64,000 nt of DNA from Myxococcota bacterium (GTDB lineage Bacteria > Myxococcota_A > SURF-8), in NCBI GenBank assembly GCA_965140415.1, contig OZ223209.1, positions 832,001-896,000 on the forward strand, written 5' to 3'. This document shows, piece by piece, positions 20,260 through 29,734 of this stretch. A model generated the notes under the pieces. It did no database searches, was not told the origin of the DNA, and saw only the letters and a program-made list of their open reading frames with translations. Every line of letters begins with the position of its first letter. Position 1 is the stretch's first letter. The position numbers and the translations under genes are program-made.

Positions 20260-20322
20260 TCCGTTTCCGTCCTTTCGCCTGTCTCGGTTGACAGGGTCGA
20301 TTTTTGGCCCTATCCTGACGTC

Positions 20323-21252
20323 ATGGCAATCATCAGTGCTTCCAGACGAACCGATCTCCCCGCTTCACACGGGGAGTGGTTCGTCCGGCGTTTGAAAGAC
20401 GGCTATTGCTGGGTGCGCCTCCCATACGGAGGCGCGACCCGGCGCGTCGATCTGCGCCCGCAAATGGTGGAAGCCTTTGTTTTCTGGACGAAAAATCCCA
20501 CTCCCTTTCTTCCCTATCTTTCCCGAATCGAAGATCTCGGGTATCGTAGTTTCGTTTTCCAGGTGACGTTGACCGGCCTGCCATCCTGGATGCAGCCGGG
20601 CGTTCCCGACGCCGAGAGCGTACTTGCCGGAATGCGAAAATTAGCCGAGCGCTATGGAGAACAGGCGCTGGTCTGGCGCTACGATCCTATTGTAATTACT
20701 AAGGAATTGACGCCAGGTAAGCATCTGAAGCGTTTCGAGTATTTCTGCGAACAGCTACAGGGAAGCACCAATGAAGTCATTACCAGCGTATTGGATCGTT
20801 ACGCAAAAACCGACCGCAACCTGATTCCCGAATTGACTCGACGCGGGGATGAACTGCCGGATGCGAAAAGCGAGCGAAGCCAGGAAGTAGAACATGAGCT
20901 ACTGCTGGAATTGTCCAGTATTTCCAAACGGTTCGGCATCAAATTGACGCTCTGCTGCGAGCCGGTTCACGTGGGTGCGCAGTTGGAAGCGGCTCATTGC
21001 GTGGACCCGGTGCGAATCGAGGCGATTTGCGGAAAGAAGTTGCAGGTTGCAAGCCATCCCACGCGCCCCGGCTGCGGCTGTTTTTCCTCAATCGATATCG
21101 GCAGTTACAATACCTGCCCGCATGGTTGCTTGTATTGTTATGCCAATGCTTCTCCGAAATCCGCGCGGCATAACGCCGCTCGCATCGACCCCGACAATCC
21201 CGCCCTCTGGCCGGAAGCGATTTCACCGCCCCAACCGGAGTTGTTCGATTGA
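20323..21252 (+). CDS. DUF1848 family protein (radical SAM-related)
   Basis: IISASRRTDLPA, VFWTKNP, WRYDPI and CGC..SIDIGSYNTCPHGCLYCYA motifs. Confidence 0.88.
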   Translation: MAIISASRRTDLPASHGEWFVRRLKDGYCWVRLPYGGATRRVDLRPQMVEAFVFWTKNPTPFLPYLSRIEDLGYRSFVFQVTLTGLPSWMQPGVPDAESVLAGMRKLAERYGEQALVWRYDPIVITKELTPGKHLKRFEYFCEQLQGSTNEVITSVLDRYAKTDRNLIPELTRRGDELPDAKSERSQEVEHELLLELSSISKRFGIKLTLCCEPVHVGAQLEAAHCVDPVRIEAICGKKLQVASHPTRPGCGCFSSIDIGSYNTCPHGCLYCYANASPKSARHNAARIDPDNPALWPEAISPPQPELFD

Positions 21253-21271
21253 AAGCAGGGCGGCATGGCGA

Positions 21272-21458
21272 TAGAGTAGGTATTACTCATTTCTGTCCAT
21301 CGAGTAAACACGATGTGCCATGGTCTCACGGAATTGAAATTCCGGGAGGCCGTGTGTAACTACAAGAAAACACACAGCCTTCCACGATCTAGGATCGCGT
21401 AAGACTATGGCACAAAACTCACAGAATCTGTGGCTGAAAATGATTGAGAACCGGTATA
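21272..21458 (-). mobile_element. Structured MITE-like repeat, full copy D (inverted)
   Basis: Reverse complement of copy B, running TAGAGTAGGTATTACTC...GAGAACCGGTATA. Confidence 0.8.
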
Positions 21459-21516
21459 ATTGCGGAACGGCATAGGTATATGATAATACAGGGCAAATGC
21501 CTATCCATCTTAAAAA

Positions 21517-21732
21517 TCCGACCGAAGACCACCACTAAATGACCGCAAAACGACCACTAGATGACCGTAAACGAGCAGTACTCCATTTGCGTATGCTGCT
21601 TGGTGATACCAACCGCTACGATGCGTAGCCTCATGATGTTTCATGTTGCCTCATGCTGCACTGTCGCTTACCTGTCATTTAGTGGTGGTTTAGTGTGCGT
21701 TTACCGGTCAAACAGGTGCGCTTACGGTCGGA
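21517..21732. repeat. Inverted array of degenerate 11/22-bp subrepeats
   Basis: TCCGACCGAAG...CTTACGGTCGGA termini; CCACCACTAAATGAC mirrored by GTCATTTAGTGGTGG; TGACCG units spaced about 21-22 bp apart. Confidence 0.6.
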
Positions 21733-21800
21733 GCAAAATCAGGGAAAGAATGGTTCCAGACAGGAGCCTTGAACCATCAAAGAGAGAAATCAATATCTGT

Positions 21801-21873
21801 GTAGGATGGGCATTTGCCATGCCCATCATATTAAAACGATTGGAGTGATGGGTAAAACAATTACCCATCCTAC
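21801..21873. repeat. REP doublet, family 1
   Basis: GTAGGATGGGCATTTGCCATGCCCATC...GATGGGTAA..TTACCCATCCTAC. Confidence 0.85.
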
Positions 21874-21899
21874 TTACTTGAAAAAGAGTGACAAAAACC

Positions 21900-21965
21900 G
21901 TAGGTCGGTCAGATTTTCTGACCGACAATCTAATCCATGTCGGACAAAAAATTTGTCCGACCTAC
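21900..21965. repeat. REP doublet, family 2
   Basis: GTAGGTCGGTCAGA..TCTGACCGAC...GTCGGACAAA..TTTGTCCGACCTAC. A singlet lies at 36711-36736. Confidence 0.8.
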
Positions 21966-22038
21966 TAAAATATAATGCATCTGGTGAATGACCGACAATC
22001 CAATTCATGCCTACCCAATGGTTAAAATAAACCTCATA

Positions 22039-22066
22039 AAAAGGAAAAGCCCCGCCGAAGCGGGGC
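22039..22066 (-). terminator. Intrinsic terminator of atpBE
   Basis: GCCCCGC-CGAA-GCGGGGC hairpin with an A-run on +, read as a U-run on -. Confidence 0.8.
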
Positions 22067-22100
22067 CTCTCGAAATCAAGCAGCGTTGCCTGATCACCAA

Positions 22101-22433
22101 TTAGACGCTCACCTTGAAGGTCAACATGATGGTGATGACGAACGCATAAATGACCAGGGACTCGATCAGGGCGAGACCGATGATCATCGGGGTCAGGATC
22201 TTGCCGCTGGCTCCCGGATTACGAGCAATGCCTTCCAGCGCGGAGCTGGCAGCTTTGCCTTGACCGAGCGCGCCACCAAACGCCGCCAGGCCGATGCCCA
22301 GGCCGGCTGCCAGCGCGATGTACCCCATGGTCGAATCCGCTGCGGCGCCTTCCGAAGCGAAAGCCGAGAACGAGTACAGTAACGACACGATTCCCAACAA
22401 CACTGAAGCCAATAAACCTTTCTTCTGGAACAT
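22101..22433 (-). CDS. atpE: ATP synthase subunit c with N-terminal signal-like extension
   Basis: GxGxAAxGGAxGQG, ARNP and LIESLVIY motifs; ATG 22433 has an AAGGAG RBS. Confidence 0.95.
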   Translation of the reverse strand: MFQKKGLLASVLLGIVSLLYSFSAFASEGAAADSTMGYIALAAGLGIGLAAFGGALGQGKAASSALEGIARNPGASGKILTPMIIGLALIESLVIYAFVITIMLTFKVSV

Positions 22434-22500
22434 TCCAATTCTCCTTTCATCCACCATAATCAAGTATATCGAACCTAACAGAATCAAACTCGGTTTTAAT

Positions 22501-23235
22501 TTAGTGCTCGTGCGACTCCGCAAGCGCGATGTAGATCGTGGACAGCAGCGTAAAAACGAACGCCTGGATAAAGGCTACGAAAAGCCCCAACCCCACGAAG
22601 ATCATCGGAATCACAATATATGTCATGTCGGTAAAAATGCCCAACACCATATGGTCACCGGTGATGTTTCCTGCAAGACGCAAGGAAAGGCTGATCGGAC
22701 GAACCAGGTGGCCGATCAACTCGATGGGAATCATCAACCACGCCAGCCAGATCACCGGACCGGCAAACTGCTTCAGGTAGCCGATGCCGTGCGCGCGAAA
22801 ACCGGAGTAGTTGTAGTACACGAAAATGAAGACAGCTGCAGCCGCATTGGTCGCGACAGTCGAGGTCGGCGGCGGAAAGCCGGGAATCGACCCGATAAGA
22901 TTGGAGAAGAAAATAAAGATGAAGGTTCCCGCAAGCACCGGAACGTGTTTTTCGGCACCGTGGCCGATGGTGTCTTTTACCAGACCTTCAAGCTGTTCGA
23001 CCATGAATTCGAACAGAGCAATAATGCCGAAACGCCTTGGCGGAACCACCATGGCTTCCGGATTACTGTATTTTCTTTTAATCATAAAGGCGACTATCAG
23101 CAGGAACAGAAACACGATCGTAGCGGAAATCATGTGCTGGGCGGTACTCGTTTCGCCCAGAAAGCCGATATGTCGGAGCCATTCGTTTAACGGTTCATAG
23201 AACGGGAGCCAGCTATACCATGAGAAATGTTGCAT
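22501..23235 (-). CDS. atpB: ATP synthase subunit a
   Basis: NLIGSIPG, RPISLSLRLAGN and QAFVFTLL motifs. Start uncertain (23235 or 23274). Confidence 0.95.
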   Translation of the reverse strand: MQHFSWYSWLPFYEPLNEWLRHIGFLGETSTAQHMISATIVFLFLLIVAFMIKRKYSNPEAMVVPPRRFGIIALFEFMVEQLEGLVKDTIGHGAEKHVPVLAGTFIFIFFSNLIGSIPGFPPPTSTVATNAAAAVFIFVYYNYSGFRAHGIGYLKQFAGPVIWLAWLMIPIELIGHLVRPISLSLRLAGNITGDHMVLGIFTDMTYIVIPMIFVGLGLFVAFIQAFVFTLLSTIYIALAESHEH

Positions 23236-23291
23236 GTTTGCACCGTAAGCCGTTGGTTCCGAAGGGTGTTGCACCCATCGGGTGGCCTGCG

Positions 23292-23528
23292 CTACTTGTC
23301 GGAATTCTCCTGATCTTCATCCATCAAACGGATGATTCGGAGTATCCTCCAGAACACAGCCACCGTTGCCAAAAGAACGAGAGTTATCACGAATAAGGGA
23401 GCTGTACCAATCCACATGTCCAGCAAATACCCGAGAAACGCGGAAGTCCCTACCGCTCCGCCTACCTCGGCTCCGAGAGATAAAAACACGGCAGACTTAA
23501 CGAACTTCGACTGCCTTGTCTTTTTCAT
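23292..23528 (-). CDS. AtpZ/AtpI-family membrane protein
   Basis: Two TM helices with GYLLDMWIGTAP motif, directly upstream of atpB. Confidence 0.8.
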   Translation of the reverse strand: MKKTRQSKFVKSAVFLSLGAEVGGAVGTSAFLGYLLDMWIGTAPLFVITLVLLATVAVFWRILRIIRLMDEDQENSDK

Positions 23529-23770
23529 ATTGCCAGCACCTCGTTGGCTGAATACGGCTCCAGCGCTTTCGGTCCTACCATACTGGAAAGCAAGAGTCAA
23601 GCTTTAAGGAAAACTCAGGCCGCTTTCCCATAAAAAGGTTGAAAGGTTCTATATAATGGGTATGGATAAAAAGAGCACATTTGGCAAGGATGGAAAACCT
23701 TATTGATTTCAAACGAGTGCGGAAATCAGAACTCTCTAAAGCGTACCAGGACGGCAAAGAACAGGTTTTT

Positions 23771-25258
23771 TTAGCTGGTCTGCTTTTTTTTCAGAACCGA
23801 AAGAAAGGTGCTTAAATCGTCACGTTTAAGCTCCCGGAAGACCAGTAGGGAGGCTCCGAACAACCCGGTCATGCCGATTCCTTTTATGATGATCAACAGC
23901 TTGGACTCCGGCTGCCAGGCCCATCCGGCGGCAAAGAGCAGCGCGCTGATGACGAGCAGACGCAGCAAGGTGGCCAGCGGAAAGCGTGCGTGGAAACGAT
24001 GTTTCAAATAGGCAACGGCTACGACCGCGCCTAAAGCCATTGCCGCCGCTGTCGCTGCCGCCGCGCCGTTAATGCCGTAAAGCGGAATCGCCAAGGCGTT
24101 GAATCCCGCGCTTAGCGCCAGAGTAACCGCACAGATAATCACACTGACCCAGGGACGACCCGAACCGGAGATCATGGTCGAAAAGATCATGATAAAGGAA
24201 TAGGCCAGATACGCCAGCGGCAACAGTGTCAGTACCGGCCAGCCCTGATGGAAGATCGGCGAAAAGATCAGGCGCAGCACGTCTAATGCGCAGGCGGAAA
24301 GCGTGACCGCCAATAGCGAGACCAGAATCAGGCTGTAGCGCGTGGTGGTATAGATGTAGCTGCGGGTGCGTTCCAGATCTTCCGCATAGCTGGAGGCGCT
24401 GATCAGCGGGAAAATCACGAAGGTGACGGAAATGATCGCGATGTAGGGTAGCCGCGCCATTTGCAGGGCGACGGAATAAATGCCGACCTGGGTGTCGTCC
24501 GGTCCCAGGGCTTTGACCAGGTACAAATCGAAGTTCATTAACAGGTTGCTGAATAACGCGAACAGGATGATCCAGATTTCAAAGCGCAGAATGTCTTTCC
24601 AATTGATCTCGTTGGAACGCGGGCCGCTGCCGACGAACAACGCCGCCACGACCAGCATGATGACCGACGTGGTTGCAAAGCCACCGACGGCTCCCATCAC
24701 GCCGAAGCCCAAGTAGGCCAGTAACAGAATCAACCCGACCTTCAGGGTTGCGAATATGGTATCCATTGCGGCCTGATGAAAGAACATCTTGCGGCCATTG
24801 AAGCAGCCGATCAGAGCGGCATAGATCGCGTAGGCGAAAATGATGATCGAAGCCACGCGCAAGTAAGGACTGAGCGAGGCGTCGTTGAGCAGGTGCTCGG
24901 CGACCAGGGGCGCGAGCAGAAAAAAGAGAGCCGCACTGATACCGCCGAAGACGGTTTGCAATAAAAGCGCCTGGCGTTTGACGGTGCCGAAACGGCTTTC
25001 ATCTTCGGAAATGAATTTACTGACTGCCTGGATGGTGCCGGTGATCATCATCATGGTGATCGGGTTCAATACGCTGATGACCACCGTGAAGGTGCCGTAG
25101 AGCTTGGCGCGTTCTTCATCGCCGGTGGCGATGAGCTTGGGCAGCAGGGTAATCAGCGCGACGCCGGTCAGCATGAAATAGACCTTTGCGCCGGTGATCC
25201 ACAAAAATCCCCGTCCGGCCTGCTTGGCCTGCGTTTGAGATGTATCGGATTGACTCAT
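23771..25258 (-). CDS. Wzx-like oligosaccharide flippase (MOP superfamily)
   Basis: About 14 TM segments; VGIYSVA, FPLIS and IPLYGINGAAAAT motifs. Confidence 0.85.
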   Translation of the reverse strand: MSQSDTSQTQAKQAGRGFLWITGAKVYFMLTGVALITLLPKLIATGDEERAKLYGTFTVVISVLNPITMMMITGTIQAVSKFISEDESRFGTVKRQALLLQTVFGGISAALFFLLAPLVAEHLLNDASLSPYLRVASIIIFAYAIYAALIGCFNGRKMFFHQAAMDTIFATLKVGLILLLAYLGFGVMGAVGGFATTSVIMLVVAALFVGSGPRSNEINWKDILRFEIWIILFALFSNLLMNFDLYLVKALGPDDTQVGIYSVALQMARLPYIAIISVTFVIFPLISASSYAEDLERTRSYIYTTTRYSLILVSLLAVTLSACALDVLRLIFSPIFHQGWPVLTLLPLAYLAYSFIMIFSTMISGSGRPWVSVIICAVTLALSAGFNALAIPLYGINGAAAATAAAMALGAVVAVAYLKHRFHARFPLATLLRLLVISALLFAAGWAWQPESKLLIIIKGIGMTGLFGASLLVFRELKRDDLSTFLSVLKKKQTS

Positions 25259-25279
25259 GCCGTTTTCCTTGCCGATTCC

Positions 25280-27526
25280 CTACTGAATCTCGGTTGTGCC
25301 CAGAACGATGCGGTTCTCTGCATCCAGGGGAACGTTCCCGCTGACTTTGGCGCGGTAGTTGCCCTGATACAGGCCGACGTAAAAGCCCAGTTCTCCGGCG
25401 GTGGTATCGGGTGGAACGTCGAGCATGTACACATCTTTGATGTACTCGCCCTCCTTCCAGCGGGTAGTCGGGTAGCGGCTCTCCACCGGCACGTGATCGC
25501 CGCGCAATCGGAAGAGATTGTCCCGCTCGGCATGAACGAAAATCTTGTAGTCGCGCGTGGGGCGCTTGAGAACTTTGAAATAGAGCGTGATTTCCACTTC
25601 GGTTCCCGGCTTGAGTTTCTTCGGGATAGGCTTGTATCCGACCAACTCGATGTCGTTGTCGATCATGGCGTTGACCGCCTGCTCGGGTTTGAAGGGTTCT
25701 TTACGAACGAACGTTTTCAGCCGTTGCTTGATCTGCTCGTTGCTCAGTCGCTTGGAGCGCCCCTGGTTGTCCTGGTTGGAGATCAGCCAGAACTCCGGGC
25801 GATAGGGCTGGCCGGGAACGGCGTCGTCGGCAATTTTGACGAGTTGCTCGCCGCCGGACACTTCCTGCCACAAGGTGTTGATGCGGCTGAAGTGTTTCTG
25901 CTTCTGCTCGATGATGATGAATACCCGCTTGCCCTTGTATTGCTGGTAGAAACGCTTCACGCTTTGTAGGCTGTTCTGCATGCGGTAATAGCGGTAGTTG
26001 TACTTTTCCTTCAGTTCGTCGAAGGGGATGTAATACTTGATGCTGCGCGATTTCCAGGTCTGGGTGAATTCGCCGATCGGTTCTTCCGGTCCCGTACGCA
26101 GCGCCAGATAGGTGCGCATCATCGAGCGGGCCGAGAACATTTCGGTCAAGGTCGGGATCATCTTCATGTTGATGTAGAACGAGTAGGCCACCGCCAGAAC
26201 GATCAACCCGGCCATGATGTAGCGATTGAAGCGCCGCCAGATCATGGCGATGCCCAAGACGACGCCCCACAGGATAAAGATCACCGAGAAGAAAACACTC
26301 GGATCGGCTACCGCCGGGTGCCAGTCTTGCAGGCGCTCGGTGGTGATGAAGTAGAAGATGGTGCGATAGTTCTTTTGATCGAGCAGATCCGGTGCGACGA
26401 TCACCAGCACCAGCAGGGCAAGGAACAGTGTCATGCGATTGATCAAGCCCAGGCGATCGTCCGTAAAGAGCTTATCCAGATAAATGGCCAGCATGGCCGC
26501 GACCATCGGCACCACCGGGAAGATGTAATGCGGGAACTTGGTACTGATGGCGGAGAAGAAGGTAAAAGAAACCAGAAAACCGGTTAAGAAGAACAGTTCG
26601 GTTCGCTTGCTGTCCGCTTCGCGCTTACCCCAGGGAATCAGCGAAATCAGGGTTTGCGGCAGGAAGGTGATCCAGGGCAGGATGCCGATGGAGAAATAGA
26701 GCACGAACATTTCGAAGGTGTCGTCGGGCTTGTCGAGCTTGCCCATGGCGCGTTCGAAATGATGGTCCCAGAAGAACTTGGTGACGTAGGGCATGCCGTA
26801 CTTGGATGTCATGTAAAAATACCAGGGCGCGGCGACGATCAGGTAAATCAGCGCGCCGCGATGCAGGCGCATGCGCTTTAATAGCCCCCAGTCCATGGAG
26901 ATCAGGCAGTAGAAGAAAATGTTACCGCCCACCAGAATCAACGGAGTCAGCCCTTTGGCTAGCGAAGACAGACCCATGAAAACATAGAAGAGGGTGTACC
27001 AGAGCGAGCGCCCCTCTTTTTCACCGAGTAGTAAAAATCCGATTGCGACCCACATGAAGCCGACGAAAGGCAGATCCACCATGTAGGCGCGTGAAATCAG
27101 AAAATAGGTTGGTGAGGTAATCAGCAACAAGCCGGTGAGCAGGCCCACCCGCCGCGTGTATAGTCGCGACATGAAGAAAACGGTCAGTAGAATGACCAAC
27201 AAGCTGGTGAGCGCAATCGGGAAGCGGATGCTCCACTCGCTGTCGCCGAACAGTTTGACGAAGGGATAGGACATCCAGAAAATCATGATCGGTTTGGACC
27301 AGAACGTGCCGGGAGCCGCGCCTTCATCCGAACCGACTTTGCTGGTCGGGGTGATCGAGTTGCCGTCGTCCATGACCATCTCGCGCACGACCTGACCGTA
27401 ATTCGGCTCCCATTGCATTTGCAGGGGGTAGGTTCCCAGCCGGGTGAAGAGAATCACCACGGTAAGAATCAACAACGCCCAGATGGCGTACCGTTCGAAT
27501 GTTGAATTTTGGTCGTTCAAGTCCAT
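25280..27526 (-). CDS. ArnT/PMT-like GT-C glycosyltransferase with C-terminal beta-sandwich domain
   Basis: WEPNY..VVREM, FWSKP, RFP, LAKG, APWY and TKFPHYIFP motifs; C-terminal YPTTRWKEGEYIKD domain. Confidence 0.85.
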   Translation of the reverse strand: MDLNDQNSTFERYAIWALLILTVVILFTRLGTYPLQMQWEPNYGQVVREMVMDDGNSITPTSKVGSDEGAAPGTFWSKPIMIFWMSYPFVKLFGDSEWSIRFPIALTSLLVILLTVFFMSRLYTRRVGLLTGLLLITSPTYFLISRAYMVDLPFVGFMWVAIGFLLLGEKEGRSLWYTLFYVFMGLSSLAKGLTPLILVGGNIFFYCLISMDWGLLKRMRLHRGALIYLIVAAPWYFYMTSKYGMPYVTKFFWDHHFERAMGKLDKPDDTFEMFVLYFSIGILPWITFLPQTLISLIPWGKREADSKRTELFFLTGFLVSFTFFSAISTKFPHYIFPVVPMVAAMLAIYLDKLFTDDRLGLINRMTLFLALLVLVIVAPDLLDQKNYRTIFYFITTERLQDWHPAVADPSVFFSVIFILWGVVLGIAMIWRRFNRYIMAGLIVLAVAYSFYINMKMIPTLTEMFSARSMMRTYLALRTGPEEPIGEFTQTWKSRSIKYYIPFDELKEKYNYRYYRMQNSLQSVKRFYQQYKGKRVFIIIEQKQKHFSRINTLWQEVSGGEQLVKIADDAVPGQPYRPEFWLISNQDNQGRSKRLSNEQIKQRLKTFVRKEPFKPEQAVNAMIDNDIELVGYKPIPKKLKPGTEVEITLYFKVLKRPTRDYKIFVHAERDNLFRLRGDHVPVESRYPTTRWKEGEYIKDVYMLDVPPDTTAGELGFYVGLYQGNYRAKVSGNVPLDAENRIVLGTTEIQ

Positions 27527-27783
27527 ACCTCCTGCAACTGAAGGACGATCCGGCGAGTCTCAGATCGAAGAATCGCGGCAGCTTAGCATATCGACTATTA
27601 TGCGTCAAATTTGTTAGCAACCAAATGTGAGGAGTGAAAAGAGGAAATTCAACAAGCCACTTGCTGCATTTTCGAGACTTTTTCCCATGTACGGATTGCC
27701 GCCGAAGAGATGCGTGATGCCGCTTGCCTGTGAATGTCGGACATGCTACATCCTGGATAGGAGCACAGATCGGAGAGGCATGG

Positions 27784-29130
27784 ATGAATCCGCAGTTCAA
27801 AGAAGCCGGTGGCATCGTTCGCAGCTTGCAGCAGGCGGGGCAGCGTGCCTATTTCGCGGGTGGAGCGGTGCGGGATCATCTGCTCAAGCGTTCACCGAAA
27901 GATATCGACATCGCGACCGACGCCGACCCGGAGCGCATTTTAGAACTGTTTCCACAGGCCAAGTCGGTCGGTCGCGCGTTCGGGGTGCTTCTGCTTAAAG
28001 GCGAATACGGCAACTATGAAATCGCGAGCTTCCGCACTGACGGTCCATACAGCGACGGACGTCATCCCGATTGGGTACGGCTGGGAAACGCCGAGCAGGA
28101 TGCTCACAGGCGCGATTTCACCGTGAATGGAATGTTCTACGATCCGGTGAGCGGGGAGGTCATCGATTACGTCGGTGGGCGGGAGGATCTGCATCGGAAA
28201 CGCCTGCGCTGCATCGGAGATCCCAACCAACGCTTTAGCGAAGATTTTCTGCGCCTGTTCCGCATGGTGCGTTTTGCCACGCGCTTGGATTTCGAGATTG
28301 ATTCAGCCACCTGGCAGGCTGCTTGCGATCTGGCTCCGAAGGCTTTCCGGCTCGCGCCGGAGCGGGTCTTGTCCGAACTGACGGCGATTCTAAAGGGTCC
28401 GCAGGCGGATCGGGGCTTGCACCTGTTGACGGACTCGGGCTTATTGCAAGACTGGTTACCGGAAGTCGCTGCGCTTGAGGGTGTGGAGCAGCCGTCGGCC
28501 TACCACCCGGAAGGCGATGTGCTGACCCATACGGCGCTGTGCCTCGCTGCGCTTGACGCGCCATCCGATTGCCTGGCCTGGGGAGCGTTGCTGCACGATA
28601 TCGGTAAACCGAAAGTGCTGGCGTACAAGAACGGAATACCCGTCACGCCTCGTCACGCTCACGTAGGAAGGGAAATGGTAGAGAATGTCGCTCGGCGTTT
28701 GCGATTTTCCAACCAGTTGAAAGATTGCGTTTGTGAATTGGTCGGCCAGCACATGCGCTTTGTGGAGTTTCCCAACATGCGCCCGGCGACTCGTCTTCGG
28801 TTTCTGGCTCAGGATCGATTCGAAGACATGCTTTTGTTGCATCGCGCCGACTGTATGGCCAGTCATGGTGATCTGAGTATCTATCAAAGCGTCGAAGAAG
28901 AGCTTGGGGAATTGTCTCGGAAAGTGCAGCTTCCGCCTGCGCTGATCGATGGTCATGACCTTCTGAAACTGGGATATCGGCCCGGTCCCGAACTGGGTGC
29001 GATGCTGGCCGACGTCCGGGAGAGGCAGTTGAACGGGGAGTTGTCGAATCGCGCCGAGGCGCTGAAATTCGTACTGCAACAAGCGAATACGTGTACAAAT
29101 CCAGGTAAAAAAGAAAGTTTGAAAGAGTAG
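27784..29130 (+). CDS. cca: Class II tRNA nucleotidyltransferase (CCA-type) with HD domain
   Basis: GGAVRD, DIDIAT, RRDFTVN, EDFLRLFR, HPEGDVLTHT..LLHDIGK; ATG 27784 follows GGAGAGG. Confidence 0.88.
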   Translation: MNPQFKEAGGIVRSLQQAGQRAYFAGGAVRDHLLKRSPKDIDIATDADPERILELFPQAKSVGRAFGVLLLKGEYGNYEIASFRTDGPYSDGRHPDWVRLGNAEQDAHRRDFTVNGMFYDPVSGEVIDYVGGREDLHRKRLRCIGDPNQRFSEDFLRLFRMVRFATRLDFEIDSATWQAACDLAPKAFRLAPERVLSELTAILKGPQADRGLHLLTDSGLLQDWLPEVAALEGVEQPSAYHPEGDVLTHTALCLAALDAPSDCLAWGALLHDIGKPKVLAYKNGIPVTPRHAHVGREMVENVARRLRFSNQLKDCVCELVGQHMRFVEFPNMRPATRLRFLAQDRFEDMLLLHRADCMASHGDLSIYQSVEEELGELSRKVQLPPALIDGHDLLKLGYRPGPELGAMLADVRERQLNGELSNRAEALKFVLQQANTCTNPGKKESLKE

Positions 29131-29296
29131 GATAATACGCCGGGAGCGATCTTGGAAATTCGGGTTTTTGGAAACATTGACGAAAACGCTTATGGAAAAC
29201 TTGACAAGTGTCGGGATTTTGTGGTACGCCAACCAAGGTCACGTCCGAAGCACTGATTCGATGCTTTTGACCCGCAAATAAAAATTAGAGGATGCA

Positions 29297-29734
29297 ATGG
29301 CTGGGATCGACTTGCTCAATATTGACGCCTCCGTAATTTACCAGTTCACGATCTATCTGCTCACGCTGATCATCCTTAGCCGCTGGTTGATTCGCCCTGT
29401 TACCGCCACTTTGGCTCTTCGCCGAGAGCGTCTTGCTCCGGCTGACGTGCGTAGTGGTCTGGAAGACTCGGTGAAAGAGAAGGAAGAGGAGTATGCACGG
29501 GTGCTACAGGATGTTCGTGGCACCCAGTCCCGGCTACGGCAGGAAGAGCGTGTGGAGGCCAAGGCCGACGAAAGGTCGGTAATCGAAAAGGCGCAAGGTT
29601 TGGCCGCCGAAAAATTACAGGCGGGCCGCCAGCACATACAAGAAACGATTCAAGCTGCGGAAAAGGAAGTTGAACAAGACATTCCAAAGCTTGCCAAGGC
29701 ACTTGCTCGCACAATCCTAGGCCGGGAGCTATAG
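29297..29734 (+). CDS. atpF2: ATP synthase subunit b'
   Basis: N-terminal TM helix followed by coiled coil; first gene of the F1 cluster. Confidence 0.85.
   Translation: MAGIDLLNIDASVIYQFTIYLLTLIILSRWLIRPVTATLALRRERLAPADVRSGLEDSVKEKEEEYARVLQDVRGTQSRLRQEERVEAKADERSVIEKAQGLAAEKLQAGRQHIQETIQAAEKEVEQDIPKLAKALARTILGREL

Noticed and set aside
21561-21991. Short ORFs of 61-95 aa
   Set aside because: They lie within REP and foldback repeats.
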